Assembly: GCA_951406725.2 (NCBI GenBank)
Contig: OX597838.1
Span: 6,262,001 to 6,326,000, forward strand
From: Octopus vulgaris
Taxonomy: Eukaryota
Length of the DNA stretch: 64,000 nt
Direction: 5' to 3'
Below the pieces are notes generated by a model. That model was not told where the DNA came from and searched no databases. It was given only the letters and a program-made list of their open reading frames with translations. Below are positions 1-13,233 of the stretch, piece after piece. Both the position numbers and the translations under genes were made by a program. Position 1 is the stretch's first letter; every line of letters begins with the position of its first letter.

Positions 1-394
1 CATCAGCTAAAATACATGTGAGTTCTCTAGACATCCTATTGGTTGAGGCTATACTCATGAAGTAGATAATTAAGTAACATAAATAGATTTCCAAAGTTCA
101 TTAAAGTTCTTTAAAGATGATGTACAGTCTTATCTGTACATCATCTTTAAAGAACTTATCTGTACATCATCTTTAAAGAACTTTAATGAACTTTGGAAAT
201 CTGTTTATGTTACTTAATTATCTACTTCATGAGTATAGCCTCAACCAATAGGATGTCTAGAGAACTCACATGTATTTTAGCTGATGAGTACAGGACACGT
301 TTATATGCTGTAATTTTTGCAACTTTTAATAAAGCCTGTCCTTGTATGAAACGATTGTACTAAAAACCTATCCATTCTTGTTGCTTCTTTCTCG

Positions 395-397
<3 letters not shown>
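1..397. mobile_element. Fold-back remnant of a probable Penelope-like element terminal repeat; left arm runs off the window edge
   Basis: 1-127 is a near-perfect reverse complement of about 160-286; a 26-nt tandem duplication (129-154/155-180) lies at the apex; a hammerhead motif follows; the element ends at a (TA)n tract. Confidence 0.7.
275..365 (+). ncRNA. Type I hammerhead ribozyme motif
   Basis: Stem I TTTTAG(275-280)/CTAAAA(360-365); CTGATGA 281-287; stem II GTACAGGACA/TGTCCTTGTAT with a long loop; GAAA 348-351; minimal stem III C-GATT-G; GTA cleavage triplet 357-359. Confidence 0.75.
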
Positions 398-436
<39 letters not shown>

Positions 437-442
<6 letters not shown>

Positions 443-939
443 TTGAGGGTACTACTATTCGTAGATACCACACGCTAAGAGGGACCAATGCGGTCAAAAC
501 TACTAAAAGTAAACAAAATTTTACCGAATGCAAAACTTCAAAGCACATCATTTTAAAAAAAGAATTCAGTTACATATCACATGTGATTTCGCATTTAATG
601 CAGAATATGCATTTCATGTTCATCAGTGCAACAAACTCAAGAAATATAAGAAAAATCATAACATTACAAGCTCGATAGCCAACCGTAGAATTCGTCGTAG
701 AAAGTACGAATGTTTATCTTTACATATCTATGAAAATGGCGGGCTTATTCGCAATGCATTTCGATAACAAATTGCCTACTCGGAATAAAATTCAGTATTG
801 AACTATTCCGGTGAAAAATATAACTTAACAATTGAGGATAAAATCTTTAAAAGAAATTATCAGTAGTCAGCGTGAAAAACCTCGTAAAAGAAAAAATCCG
901 TAAATTCTTCCTCTTTGAAAATATTCATATATTTCTTTT

Positions 940-945
<6 letters not shown>
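437..945 (+). mobile_element. Unclassified structured interspersed element between (TA)n tracts
   Basis: Both ends are homologous to the reverse complement of 51180-51430 (CACGCTAAGAGGGAC..TACCGAATGCAA and GTAGTCAGCGTGAAAAACCTC) but in permuted order. Confidence 0.55.
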
Positions 946-1000
<55 letters not shown>

Positions 1001-1403
1001 AAAGCAAAGTAGCTTTGCTAACATGTCTAGAAGAGATACAAGCAGTAACAATACTGAAAAGTAATCTTTGTTGCCTATTCAGCATGTCTGTTCGGTGCGT
1101 ATCAACGTTCCTACCACATTTTTTAATCCCAGGATATTATCTCCTCCAACCTCTGTCCGATATATTTCAAGCAGGTGAGCGAACCCCAACCATTTAGCTT
1201 TTTCTCAGGACCTGCAGACCAGTCTGGTTCCAGGATATTTCTCTTCCTTAATACCGGACATCTGTTTGCTAGACATAGCAGTCGTTCGTCCTTGGTCACA
1301 ATCTATAAAAAACTAAACGGCATTCAGCCACTGAGTTTGCAACAAGGAAAGTAGTTAGTTTTAATGTCTCCAAATGAGATATAAGTTGTAATGCGATGAT
1401 ATA

Positions 1404-1647
1404 CAGGGTGTTCAAAAGTCTCTCCGCTGTTAATGTTTTTCATCCTCACCCTCCAAGTGTCAAATTCTCCAACATGTGTAGAAGACTGAACATAGATATT
1501 GAAAACGAAAGACGATCCTTTCAACATATCTTATAAAAATATTTTGGAACCCATGTAAAGTCTAATATATTCTTTTGTAGCCTTATAACGCCTTATATAT
1601 GTTTATTTCGCAATACAATACTGCGGAGAGACATATTGAACACTCTG
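1404..1647. mobile_element. Tc1/mariner-type MITE
   Basis: Imperfect TIRs CAGGGTGTTCAAAAGTCTCTCCGC / GCGGAGAGACATATTGAACACTCTG with TA on both sides (1402-1403, 1648-1649). Confidence 0.8.
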
Positions 1648-1751
1648 TATAATCATCACTTTTATCGGACGAACGGGAACGTGAAACTGAGTAAAAGTTC
1701 TATGATAGTTTTGCAGTTTTAATAAAAAAAAGTATATATGTCTGTGTGCAT

Positions 1752-1819
<68 letters not shown>

Positions 1820-3319
1820 GTTTATAGACGCATATATGCGTGTTTCTGCGTTACACTTCACGATGTCTTTTTATTTGTAACACTCCCATCCGAAACAATG
1901 TTGAAAAGAAAGCTGGAATACACAACACAAAGAACAGACAATATCAAAACCAACTGGACATGAAAGCAACTGTTAATAATTATATAAATATGAGGACAAT
2001 TCGTCTGAAGACTGCAGATTGATGTAGTCGTGTTGCCATTGAATGTGGTGTAGAAACAATATGAAACAAGACCGTCCATACAAAGACATAAATATCTATT
2101 ATGGAGATAATTTGATAAATATGTATCGAATGGCATCTAATATCATTTTGATAGAATTCTATAAATTATAACATGGCACGATGCCAAGTCCTTTGAGTAT
2201 TTACCGATTCCGAAACAGTGGAATCTGAGGAAATTAGTAACGGTCTCTATCGGTGAATGTTAAGGTCAAAACAAGATCGGAAATTAGTAGATATAAAGTT
2301 GCTGTTGTGACTAAGAGATGATAACGCTAAAGTTTGAATAAAGTTTTCTGTCGGAAAGTAAACCCTCCTTTACTGTAATATAACATTTCCGTTACTTACA
2401 GAATGAGATCTTAGCATTTCTGACAGCAAAACTATTTGTCCAACAGGGGTGCAGCTTAAAACAATATTCTTCCGCTAAGCCTCTCACCGAAGAGAATTAC
2501 CAAATAGAGTACCCGTTGAAAAATCAGCACATATATGCTTCAAAGGAAATCTGACTGCTACATAGAAACAGTATGACACGTTGATCTTCATTTACCCCAC
2601 ACAGAAAAAAAAAATCGCGGAACCCGTCCGAAAGTTTACATTATCTTCCTTACTACAAAATATTCCCCATCAATTAGATAATTATATCTGAAACAGTAGC
2701 TTCTGTTTCTTGCAGAATATCATCCACAAATATCATCCGCCTCGTCTACCATCACCACCACTTTTATCTATAGTAGAAAGATTTATTCATCACAAATTTA
2801 TGCACCCAGTCATAATAATGTTAATGAAGACACAAATATATATATATATCAGAAATTTCAAAAGAAAAACTATGTAAAAAAATTCGGCCAAGGGTTGATA
2901 AGGAACTGTTTTTGAGTTATTGTAACATGTTTCTAGCAATAACATGTGCTGGTCAATAACCTCTGTAAGTTTTTTGACCTCTATTAATTTGCATTTACGT
3001 TCAAATTGCTTATAAGCCACCCATTTAATTTCTTTTTCACACGTTTACCACTTTAAAGATCAGCACACGTTTTAAATGGCTTTCCTTATAAGACTGACAA
3101 AAGTAGTTGAGTTTAACCCAAGGTGTTATGACACAATGACGAGGATTAAGATGCTATGCATCAATATCCAAAATCGTTCGATCCGGCTACATACGCTGCG
3201 GAGTTACTTCCCTTTGTCAGTCATTAAATATAAAGCTTTGCGGATTTTGAGTTATTTTAACTCTTTTTTCTAGCAATTGCTGGTGCTGGTCAGTACCTTC
3301 TGTCACTTTTGTGACCTCT

Positions 3320-3374
<55 letters not shown>

Positions 3375-3626
3375 TAGTGTACATTCAAACACAAAAGATA
3401 ACTAACCTTTAACATGTAATTTTTTACATGCTGGAGATAGCAGCCAACACGGCTAAAACCACGATCTAATAGCAATTTTAAAGGGTTGTTTTCTTTTGTG
3501 ATTAAATTTACACTATTTTATAATATGAATGTGTTGTCTATTGACTAGTGTTATACATGCTAGGCCACTCGTGGTGATATTTATAACGAATATTCGCTAC
3601 CCTATATACGTATCTTATATATACAC

Positions 3627-3705
<79 letters not shown>

Positions 3706-4597
3706 TGAAAACAACATTCCCATTTTTCCCCGTTTCGTTCCCTCTCATCAGACAACAAAATACTCAACATGGGTCTCGATTTGATCTGGTAGTTAAAGAT
3801 AATATATGTGGTGGGAGAATACTGTAATTTCTTGCCTGGTGGATTTACGTTTCGTCGATTCTTTAATAGCATCACGGACATCAGTAAAAAGCAAAAAAAA
3901 TAACAACAATAAAAACGACTTATCTAACTCTAGATTTCTGCTACTGTACCAACATAGAATTGTCAAATGCAGCAAAACATAGCAGTCAAATATAGATAAA
4001 TGTACAGTATTTCTGTTCTGAAATGAAGGATATATTTTATTAGAAGAAATTTTTTAAAAAAGCATGGTGGTGTATAAAAGCGCAAGATCACTTTCTGTTC
4101 AAAAAAGGCTGACATGATGTTCGACAATAGTAAGAAAAAACCGAACGCAAGAACAGTTAGAATAACATTGCGAAGTAGCTGCTTTCTGCTAAAACGAATA
4201 AGAAATCAATAAACATAGAAATGGTTGGTTCACGTTAATTTTTGACATGGTTTAAATCTTATTAAAGAAAATACATTTTCTTGTCATATTTAGAATCTCT
4301 GTAAGATTATTTCGCTCTACAGAAACGAAATCCTTTCTATTAGATTAATAAGGAATCAAAGTCAGACGAATTCAAGGAGATCATACGCGGTTTAATTGAT
4401 TTGTTTATTTATTTATATTTTATATATTATTATTATGATTTTGTTGTTTTTTTCGAAACAGAACCTTCAGTAATTACTTTCATGACGTCATTGTCAATGA
4501 AAAGAAAAAGTAAACAGGTCGTAACTGTTGCAAGGCTAATTAACTTTTGAATCAGCATTCGCACTCTATTACACGAATTTCATTTTCTAGAAGTGCA

Positions 4598-5462
<865 letters not shown>

Positions 5463-5634
5463 TGCACACATATAGTGTATTGGAAAATTAATGTTTCACG
5501 AACATCACACGAAGATTAATTTTCAACAAATAAGTAATTTAACGCTTGTGACTTGGAAGAAAGTGTCATGATGTCTCGGACATTAGACCTTCATCAAAAA
5601 AGAAAAGCGAAGCATGAGTAAGATTACGAAGAGC

Positions 5635-5685
<51 letters not shown>

Positions 5686-6511
5686 AGCAGAGTGATGGAA
5701 AGAGAGAGAGAGAGTGAAGCAAAAGTAGCGTGTGTATAATAGAAAATTAACGAAATTACAAATTAATAATATATAATCAACAGACCAGTAACGGTATTAA
5801 TACTGTTTCATAAAATGTTTGAAGAAAAAGAAGAAAGGAGTTGGGAAGAATTTGTTTAGAAATATATTTGTTTTATTTACTTACTGTTTGGTTACGTAAG
5901 TGACGCAACGTCCAACTATATATATATACAAGAAAAAAGCAACAAAAATGGATCGATATTTCGGTACAGTTGTTTCGTACGAAGACACCTTTATTAAGGC
6001 TGCAAATATTGCAGTAAATACACGTGGCCCGTACTCATCAACCGAAAAAACAATCTGAGTTCTCAAAACATCTAAGAGGGTGAGGCTACACTCATGAAAC
6101 ATTCGGGATAGTTCTATAAAAATCAGATTTAGATAATAAACGGACATCCAAAGTTCTCTAATGTTGCACATTCAAATAACAGACTTTAAAAAATAGTATT
6201 TTAAAAAAAACCTCTTAGTTTCACAGAAATTGAAAATGTAAATCCATCCATAATAATGAAGAATGTTTGAATTCTGGAGATATGAGGAGAGATTTCATAC
6301 TCACAGACGGTGTATTTATCCATAATTAGTTCATAATAAAGTGGGTTTCATGATGTATGAAGATATTCTGGTTGCATTTCTGATCATTTTTGTTGCTTAT
6401 AATTACCCCACGTTATCTTATGGTTAATACCATATAGATTTCTGGTGCATCTAATTTAAGTATCTATATTCATGTGAATTCAACAGAACTCACTTGAATC
6501 TTAATTACTTT

Positions 6512-6556
<45 letters not shown>

Positions 6557-6571
6557 GATATATATATATAT

Positions 6572-7813
6572 AACAAGAAAGTAATTTCGGTTTCTAATAT
6601 GAAATAAGTGCCATGTTTTTTATAGAAAAATTGAACTTTAATCAAAACTATTCTTTTTCATTTTGTTTGATGACATTGTGCTATATTTCTGGCAACAAAA
6701 TGATTCTGTGCTCATAGAACGTGTCGTCCCTTTCAGCCCTAACCCGAAGCAGGTGTAATTTCAGGTCATCATCATTATTATAGGTTTTACTATTCACAGA
6801 ATTTTGCAAACTTCGAAATAAATAGTAATCTCTGAAGGTGCAAAGTCAGGGCTGTATGTTGGATGTGACATCACCTCCCAACCAAGGTCCAATAAATGTT
6901 TGCAAGTTAACAAAGACGTGTATGGTCTAGCGTTGTCGTGGTGGAAGGTCATTGCTTTACAATTTCCCATTTCTGACGCTTTTTCTTCCATTTTCATTAG
7001 TTTTATGATAGTAAACATCTGAATTGATCTTTTGGCTCATTGGAACCAGCTCAAAATAAACAACACCTTGGTAATCCCACCAAACTGACAGCGTGAACTT
7101 TTTTGGATGCAATTCAGTTTTCGGTGTGGATTGTGTAAGCACATGGCGCCGCCGTGCCGTGATTGTTTACAATTTATGTTATTGTAGTCAATCCATATTT
7201 CATCAATAGCGATGATTCGCTTAAAAAAAAACCGTCGATCTCATTGCATTTCAGATGCATATCACAAATATTGTTGTATTAAGTGAATTCAATTCATGTC
7301 GAACCCAAATATCGAGATTCTTAATGAGTCTAAGTCATCTTAAGTGATATTCCATAGCTGTAATACATTAAATCCCTCTCCAATCTCTGGCACAGCTATA
7401 TAATAATTTGATTCATTTATAGATTTGATCCGGCCATCATCAATTTCAATAGGTCGAGTAGAAGGTTGCTCATCTCTGAATGAAAAATCTCCAGAGCAAA
7501 ATCATTTAAATCATTTCAGGTATGTGCTTTCTATAAAGCAATCAGCACCATAAACTCGATATCACTCTCTTCTGAGCCTCTGCGACTTTTTTGGTCTTTA
7601 CGGAAACAAAAACGGCAAAATATGGCGAAAAAGATCGTTTTTGTAGTCCGTATTGAACTTTTGTCGCTGAACCAACAGCTGTAAAAAAAGTATAAGCAAT
7701 TTTCTTCTCAAGCTAAAAGTAACGACTATCAAATTCCAAAAGAAAACAATGACATTGATAGAAGTTATTAAAAAAATTGTAACTATTTTCGAAAAATGAA
7801 ATTACTTCCATGC

Positions 7814-7816
<3 letters not shown>
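6572..7816 (-). mobile_element. Near full-length decayed mariner (DD34D) transposon
   Basis: Minus-strand motifs FRHIL..F.K, SGDFS..DE..S.RP, PKTELHPKK..LSVWWDYQGVVYFEL, HHDNARP and HPTYSPDFAPS, broken by stops and frameshifts; TIR remnants AAGTAATTTCGGTTT(6579) and AAATGAAATTACTT..TGCCAA(7794-7816); about 1.25 kb. Confidence 0.9.
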
Positions 7817-7845
<29 letters not shown>

Positions 7846-7848
<3 letters not shown>

Positions 7849-8221
7849 ATATATAAACGGCAGTTTGTCTGTGTGTGTTTCTGTGTGTCTGTTTTCTCGT
7901 ACCCTCACCCTGACCACTGCTTTCAACCGATTCTGATGAAACTTGACACACACATAGCCCAATGTCATAATTCAAAACTAACGCAGCGAAAATTTTGGAA
8001 AGTTCCCCAGTTCTGAAAAAATCGATAAATTCGACATGGGGTCGAGAATCAGAAACCCAAACCACAGACCGTCTAGGGGACGCAACTCCACCTTTTGTAA
8101 CTCTCAAAAAATTTACCATCATTTTTTTTCCATTTTTTTGCTATTTTTGGGCTATAACTCTCTAAAAATGCTTTATAGTTATTTCCCTTACAAACCTGAG
8201 CAACGCCGGGCGATACTGCTA

Positions 8222-8222
<1 letters not shown>
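7846..8222 (+). mobile_element. Non-autonomous Helitron
   Basis: 5' TC start, internal GTCT/GTGT microsatellite, subterminal hairpin CCTGAGCAACGCCGGG, 3' CTAG end; inserted between A and T inside (TA)n with no TSD. Confidence 0.85.
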
Positions 8223-8257
<35 letters not shown>

Positions 8258-8294
8258 AATTTAATATAATATATATATATATGTATATATATAT

Positions 8295-8452
8295 CACGTG
8301 ACCGACCACGCTATCAGATGTTGCTACACATCGCTGGTCCAAATGCGCTTCGCATTGTTTTAGCCATCCACTGACGCCACTCCGCTGGCCAAGCGAGCAG
8401 GCCAACAGAAGAAAGAGTGAGAGAAAGCTGTGGCGAAAGAGTACTGCAGGAA
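8295..8452 (-). mobile_element. tRNA-SINE 3' fragment related to 58693-59084
   Basis: AAGAGTGAGAGAAAGCTGTGGCGAAAGAGTACTGCAGG is the near reverse complement of CCTGCTGTACTCTTTCACCACAACTTTCTCTCACTCTT at 58837-58874. Confidence 0.65.
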
Positions 8453-8561
8453 TCGAAATCGAAAAATCGAAACTAACACCATACGAGAGAGCGTTGAAAG
8501 CATTTAAATATTAGGCAACGTCCATTCAGTAACACTGTCATTATTCATATATCAAATAAGT

Positions 8562-8745
8562 TAGCGAGATGGTACACTTGTTAGCGTGCCGGACAAATTG
8601 CTTAGAGTTCTAAGTCGAGTAATCTCTTTTTCACCTTTTATGATTTTGGTGCCGATAAAATAGGTACTAATTGAGCAACGGGACTGATGATATCAAGTAT
8701 TTCTTCCCATAATATTTACGGCATTGTATCAGTACTTGAAAGAAA
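8562..8745 (+). mobile_element. Degenerate SINE of the 31447-31861 family
   Basis: GTTAGCGTGCCGGACAAATTGCTTAG and CGATAAAATAGGTACTA match the head and body of the family. Confidence 0.55.
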
Positions 8746-9448
8746 TATTTATATAAATCTAAATATTGCCTGTTTCAATATTTATTTTGTTTTGGTAAGT
8801 TATACTATATTACTTGGTTTTGCAGATAATATAGCTTCTTGTGATAAACACTCAAGGAAATTGTATGGAAATAAAAAGGAGAGAACATTGGTTATTCACT
8901 TATACTTTATCGATCTCATCTTATGAAAGATACCTTAACAGTTGCAAGATTACAATTCAGGTCAAAGATTTCAAATAAATGTCCGAATCCACTTTATCGG
9001 ACACCCCTAATGACTGCTTATTTTGCTGCTACAGCTCTTAATATTTAGTCTGCAACAAATATTTCAAAGAATGAGTTCGAAAATAATTCTCTTGAAGTAT
9101 AACATTTTTGATATGTATATTCTATTAATGCAGGTTAATGCGAATTGTAACTGCTGGTTTTAATCTTATTTTTGTATCTCCATCGTAGCTGAGATTTAAT
9201 GGATCTTTGATGAAAGGCATTCCAGCCATGACCACCTAATGGTTAATTTACTTCTGGGACAACCAAATACATTGGCGAATATGTTCTGCTGTCATACACG
9301 AAAGTATGATTTCAACTGTACCTGTAGGAGATCCCGCAACAACATAGCGGCTTTGTTCTGTGTTTGACCTGTTCAAGATTTTACCTCATTGAATGTATCG
9401 CAGGCGTGTTCAACTCTCAATATTGTGTAGATCAAGGAAAGGACTATA

Positions 9449-9485
<37 letters not shown>

Positions 9486-10209
9486 CGTCCATTTAAAGCG
9501 AACTTGAGATTAACGGATTCACAGTTGCTGTTTCTAGCAGCTTGAACGACCACTTACTGCCTCCCTCATTGTATCGTATAAAAACCAATAAACTCGATAG
9601 GCGCTATTTATCCTTTGATCTCCTATAACCCACATAATATCCGATTGATACAATAATACGCATATTCTTCTCGTTACTGATTATATATTTCATATCCCTT
9701 ATATCATACTCAACTAGCAATCCAATAACTTCAAGATATCTTATACAGAATCCACATCCTTCTCTAAACATCGCCTGAGATCCAAACCGTTGTTGTGTAT
9801 TTCCCTATAAAACTAATCCTAAAATATTACATAATACATAAATGCTATCTGTTATATCATATCATATATATAATATCCGATTGACACAGAAATATAACTT
9901 TTCATCTCGTTATCTTACCTGTGTTTCATGTATTGCACAATATATCCGTCCATGTATATCTATTCAGTAGAACTTCTTTCTCCAAGCAGTACATATTTTG
10001 TACATCGTTATCCCTTCATGCTATTTCTCTCAATCAATGTCATCCTAAAACATTATATCATAAATGATATCTGTAATAATATTATATTATTTAATATCGA
10101 AAGAATATATTGCACCCACCCACCCACCCGCATACATAGATGTATGCGTGTGCATTTGCGCAAGCATATAGATACATACACCTGGATACAAATGTGAATA
10201 TACACATAC

Positions 10210-10211
<2 letters not shown>

Positions 10212-10260
<49 letters not shown>

Positions 10261-10520
10261 CATATATATATGTATATATACACAAAGAAATATCAATATA
10301 TCTATATACATACATAAATATATATATATGCATAAATGAATATATATATATATATATATAGATATATAAATACATACATGCATACATACACATACACATA
10401 CATACACACATACACATACACATACATACACATACACACACATACACACACACACACACACATACACACACACACACACATACATACATACACACACACA
10501 CACATACATACACACACACA

Positions 10521-10584
<64 letters not shown>

Positions 10585-10590
10585 TATATA
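10212..10590. repeat. (TA)n/(CA)n compound microsatellite
   Basis: Directly visible. Confidence 0.95.
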
Positions 10591-11984
10591 TCTTACACAT
10601 ATCCGGAGGTACATATAATGTCTGCTAAGCTTTGAGGTAACCCGAAGAACTAATCATTGTGTTGGTTTCATGGCCAAACGCAGATTAGGGATCAATATAT
10701 TCCCCTGCATAGGACTGCAGGTTATTGCATCAAACATGCTACAGCTATAATAAAATCCATGCAGTGGCAATAAATATGTAAATATAAATAAATCCAGCAT
10801 TTTCCATTAGATTTCATCTCTCGTGTTAGGTAAAACAAAGGTACATCACCTCTTGTTTCCCAGTTTTATTCAAATCTATAAAAGCAACACCGCATTGAAT
10901 GATACGTTGCATCAATTGCACTGAATGAAAATAAGTATTAGGACCTAGTCTGGAGTCAATTCATGTTGTTACATGTTGAATTTCCTTCGATACAGCCTGG
11001 TTATTATTTTACTTGTCATCTGAGAATTTTGATTATTTTTCTATATCGCAGCTTCGGCACTAAATGCAAGGGAAACAATTGAAAAAGGAACTCTAAAGCC
11101 CAAGCAACGTACAAGGAAGTCAAAGGTAGACGAAAAACGAAATGATTTGATGGCATCCGTAGACTCTGAATTTCCAGCTGGATTTCGAATTTGGGTCTGT
11201 GAAGAAACTAGGGAAGAGGTGTTTGAGGACCCCACCATAACGAGGTTTACATAAATAGTAGGTACTGAAGATGTATGAAATGATGGGATCGGTTCCCATG
11301 TAGCTGTCTGCCGGATTAGGCTTATGGATTACAAACGACACACATATTTGGTGCTTACTGCGAAACCATGTTTAACAAAATTCTTTGAGAAAGAAATCGA
11401 GTCGTAGACACAGCAGAGCTCTGGAACTCGGAAGCGAACTGATGAGCCTGTCGCTTCCAAAGCCAGACGGCTTTGAATTTAAAGTATGCAAACCTAAATA
11501 CTTCCAACTGGGAATCGAAACCAGGACATGGACCAATCACACAGGACGTCTCTATCTCCACTGCTGTCCTTTCTAATTAGGTTTATATCTGTCGATTGCC
11601 TAATCTAATTAATCTAATGCACCTAGTGACATCAATCCTGATTTCTGTTTTCCATCGCTTCTCAAATATTTAATGTCGAACTGGGAATTGTCGTAAAGTG
11701 AAGTTTTAAAAGCAACCAACTTTTAAGATCCCATTTAACTTAACTTAAAGAGCATAAATAATTAAAGAAACTTCAAGAAAATAAACACGAAATGTTCTGT
11801 TTGTTATTGTGAGTTCTTTGTTCTTTGGTCAGATTTTACTGGTATATATAAATTTTTCTTTTATTGGGCTGCTTCTTACGTTTATATTCTTCTTCCGTTG
11901 AAAAATACCACGAGGGAGATTGATCTGCTCGTTGTGATTAGATTTGATAAGTGATTAGAAGTATTCTCTGAAGATCTCAGATGT

Positions 11985-12445
11985 GGCATAGAGGATGAGA
12001 AGAGAAATTAAAAGCATGAAGGAGGAGAAGATGGAGATCTAGGGAAGAAAGAGCGCAATGTAGTATAAGATGAAGGAGATTGAGAATAATAATGAGTAGA
12101 ATAAAACGAAAGAGAGAACAAGACAAAGAAGAATTAGACGAATTTGAGTAAAAGAATGAGAAGACGAAGAAAGTAAATGAAAAGAGGAAAATGAATTGGA
12201 AGGAGAAAAGTGAGATGAAAAATAAAAATGAACGCCAAAAAACTAAGATAAAAAAGAATAAAATGAAAGACGATGAAGAGGAAGATGATGCGAAAAGAGA
12301 TGAAGCGAAATGAAATTGGTATGGCAAAGAAAATTAACAGAAACACCAGCAACAGAGAAACAAAAAAAAGGAAACAAAGAGATTAGCAACAACTAATCAA
12401 CAATGAAAACAACAATAACAGCAACAAAAAAGAAATATTTAAACA
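11985..12445. repeat. Purine-rich (A/G) low-complexity tract
   Basis: Strong A/G strand bias with degenerate GAA/GAGA/CAA runs. Confidence 0.75.
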
Positions 12446-12721
12446 AAGTTAATTGATTGAAAGAATGTATTTAAAAGTCAGAATTGTTTCCACAAGAGAC
12501 TAATATTTTGTGAAGTTTTCTTTAAAACAAATAAGTCTAGCACCTTTAGACAAACTAAATTTCTTACACATATATACTACTATAAATGCCTAAACGCTCT
12601 TGCACAAACAAACACAAAAGCACTTTATATGTACAAAAATATGAGCATATATATATATATATATATACACACATACATGCACAAATATGAGCATATATAT
12701 ATAGATATATATATATATATA

Positions 12722-12782
12722 TCAGTCATTTGTATGTGTATAAATATATATATATATACATATATCAGCTCATTTGTATGTG

Positions 12783-12826
<44 letters not shown>

Positions 12827-12892
12827 CTCATTTGTATGTGTATAAATATATATATATATATATATATACATATATCAGCTCATTTGTATGTG

Positions 12893-12923
<31 letters not shown>

Positions 12924-12982
12924 CAGCTCATTTGTATGTGTATAAATATATATATATATATATATCAGCTCATTTGTATGTG

Positions 12983-13020
<38 letters not shown>

Positions 13021-13034
13021 CTCATTTGTATGTG

Positions 13035-13072
<38 letters not shown>

Positions 13073-13086
13073 CTCATTTGTATGTG

Positions 13087-13130
<44 letters not shown>

Positions 13131-13144
13131 CTCATTTGTATGTG

Positions 13145-13175
<31 letters not shown>

Positions 13176-13192
13176 CAGCTCATTTGTATGTG

Positions 13193-13232
<40 letters not shown>
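12722..13232. repeat. Composite minisatellite: 10 copies of TCAGCTCATTTGTATGTGTATAAA separated by variable (TA)n
   Basis: Ten cores counted; the first lacks one C. Confidence 0.92.

Positions 13233-13233
<1 letters not shown>

Noticed and set aside
598-630. Minus-strand TGCA-CTGATGA-ACAT-GAAA-TGCA-TA hammerhead-like core
   Set aside because: No real stem II, and stem I does not follow the cleavage triplet directly; may be chance.
1170-1215. CAG|GTGAGC donor and TTTTTCTCAG acceptor
   Set aside because: The implied intron is under 40 nt and there is no supporting ORF.
3725-3757. Minus-strand CTGATGA-GAGGGAAC-GAAAC
   Set aside because: No UH cleavage site or complementary stem I follows.
5565-5600. 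Minus-strand TTGATGAAGGTCTAATGTCCGAGAC resembling a decayed hammerhead
   Set aside because: Both core boxes are mutated; cannot be supported from a single copy.
7930-7945. CTGATGAAAC match
   Set aside because: Part of the Helitron body with no hammerhead stems.
12722-13232. CRISPR-like repeat-spacer appearance
   Set aside because: The spacers are only (TA)n, there are no cas genes, and the context is eukaryotic.
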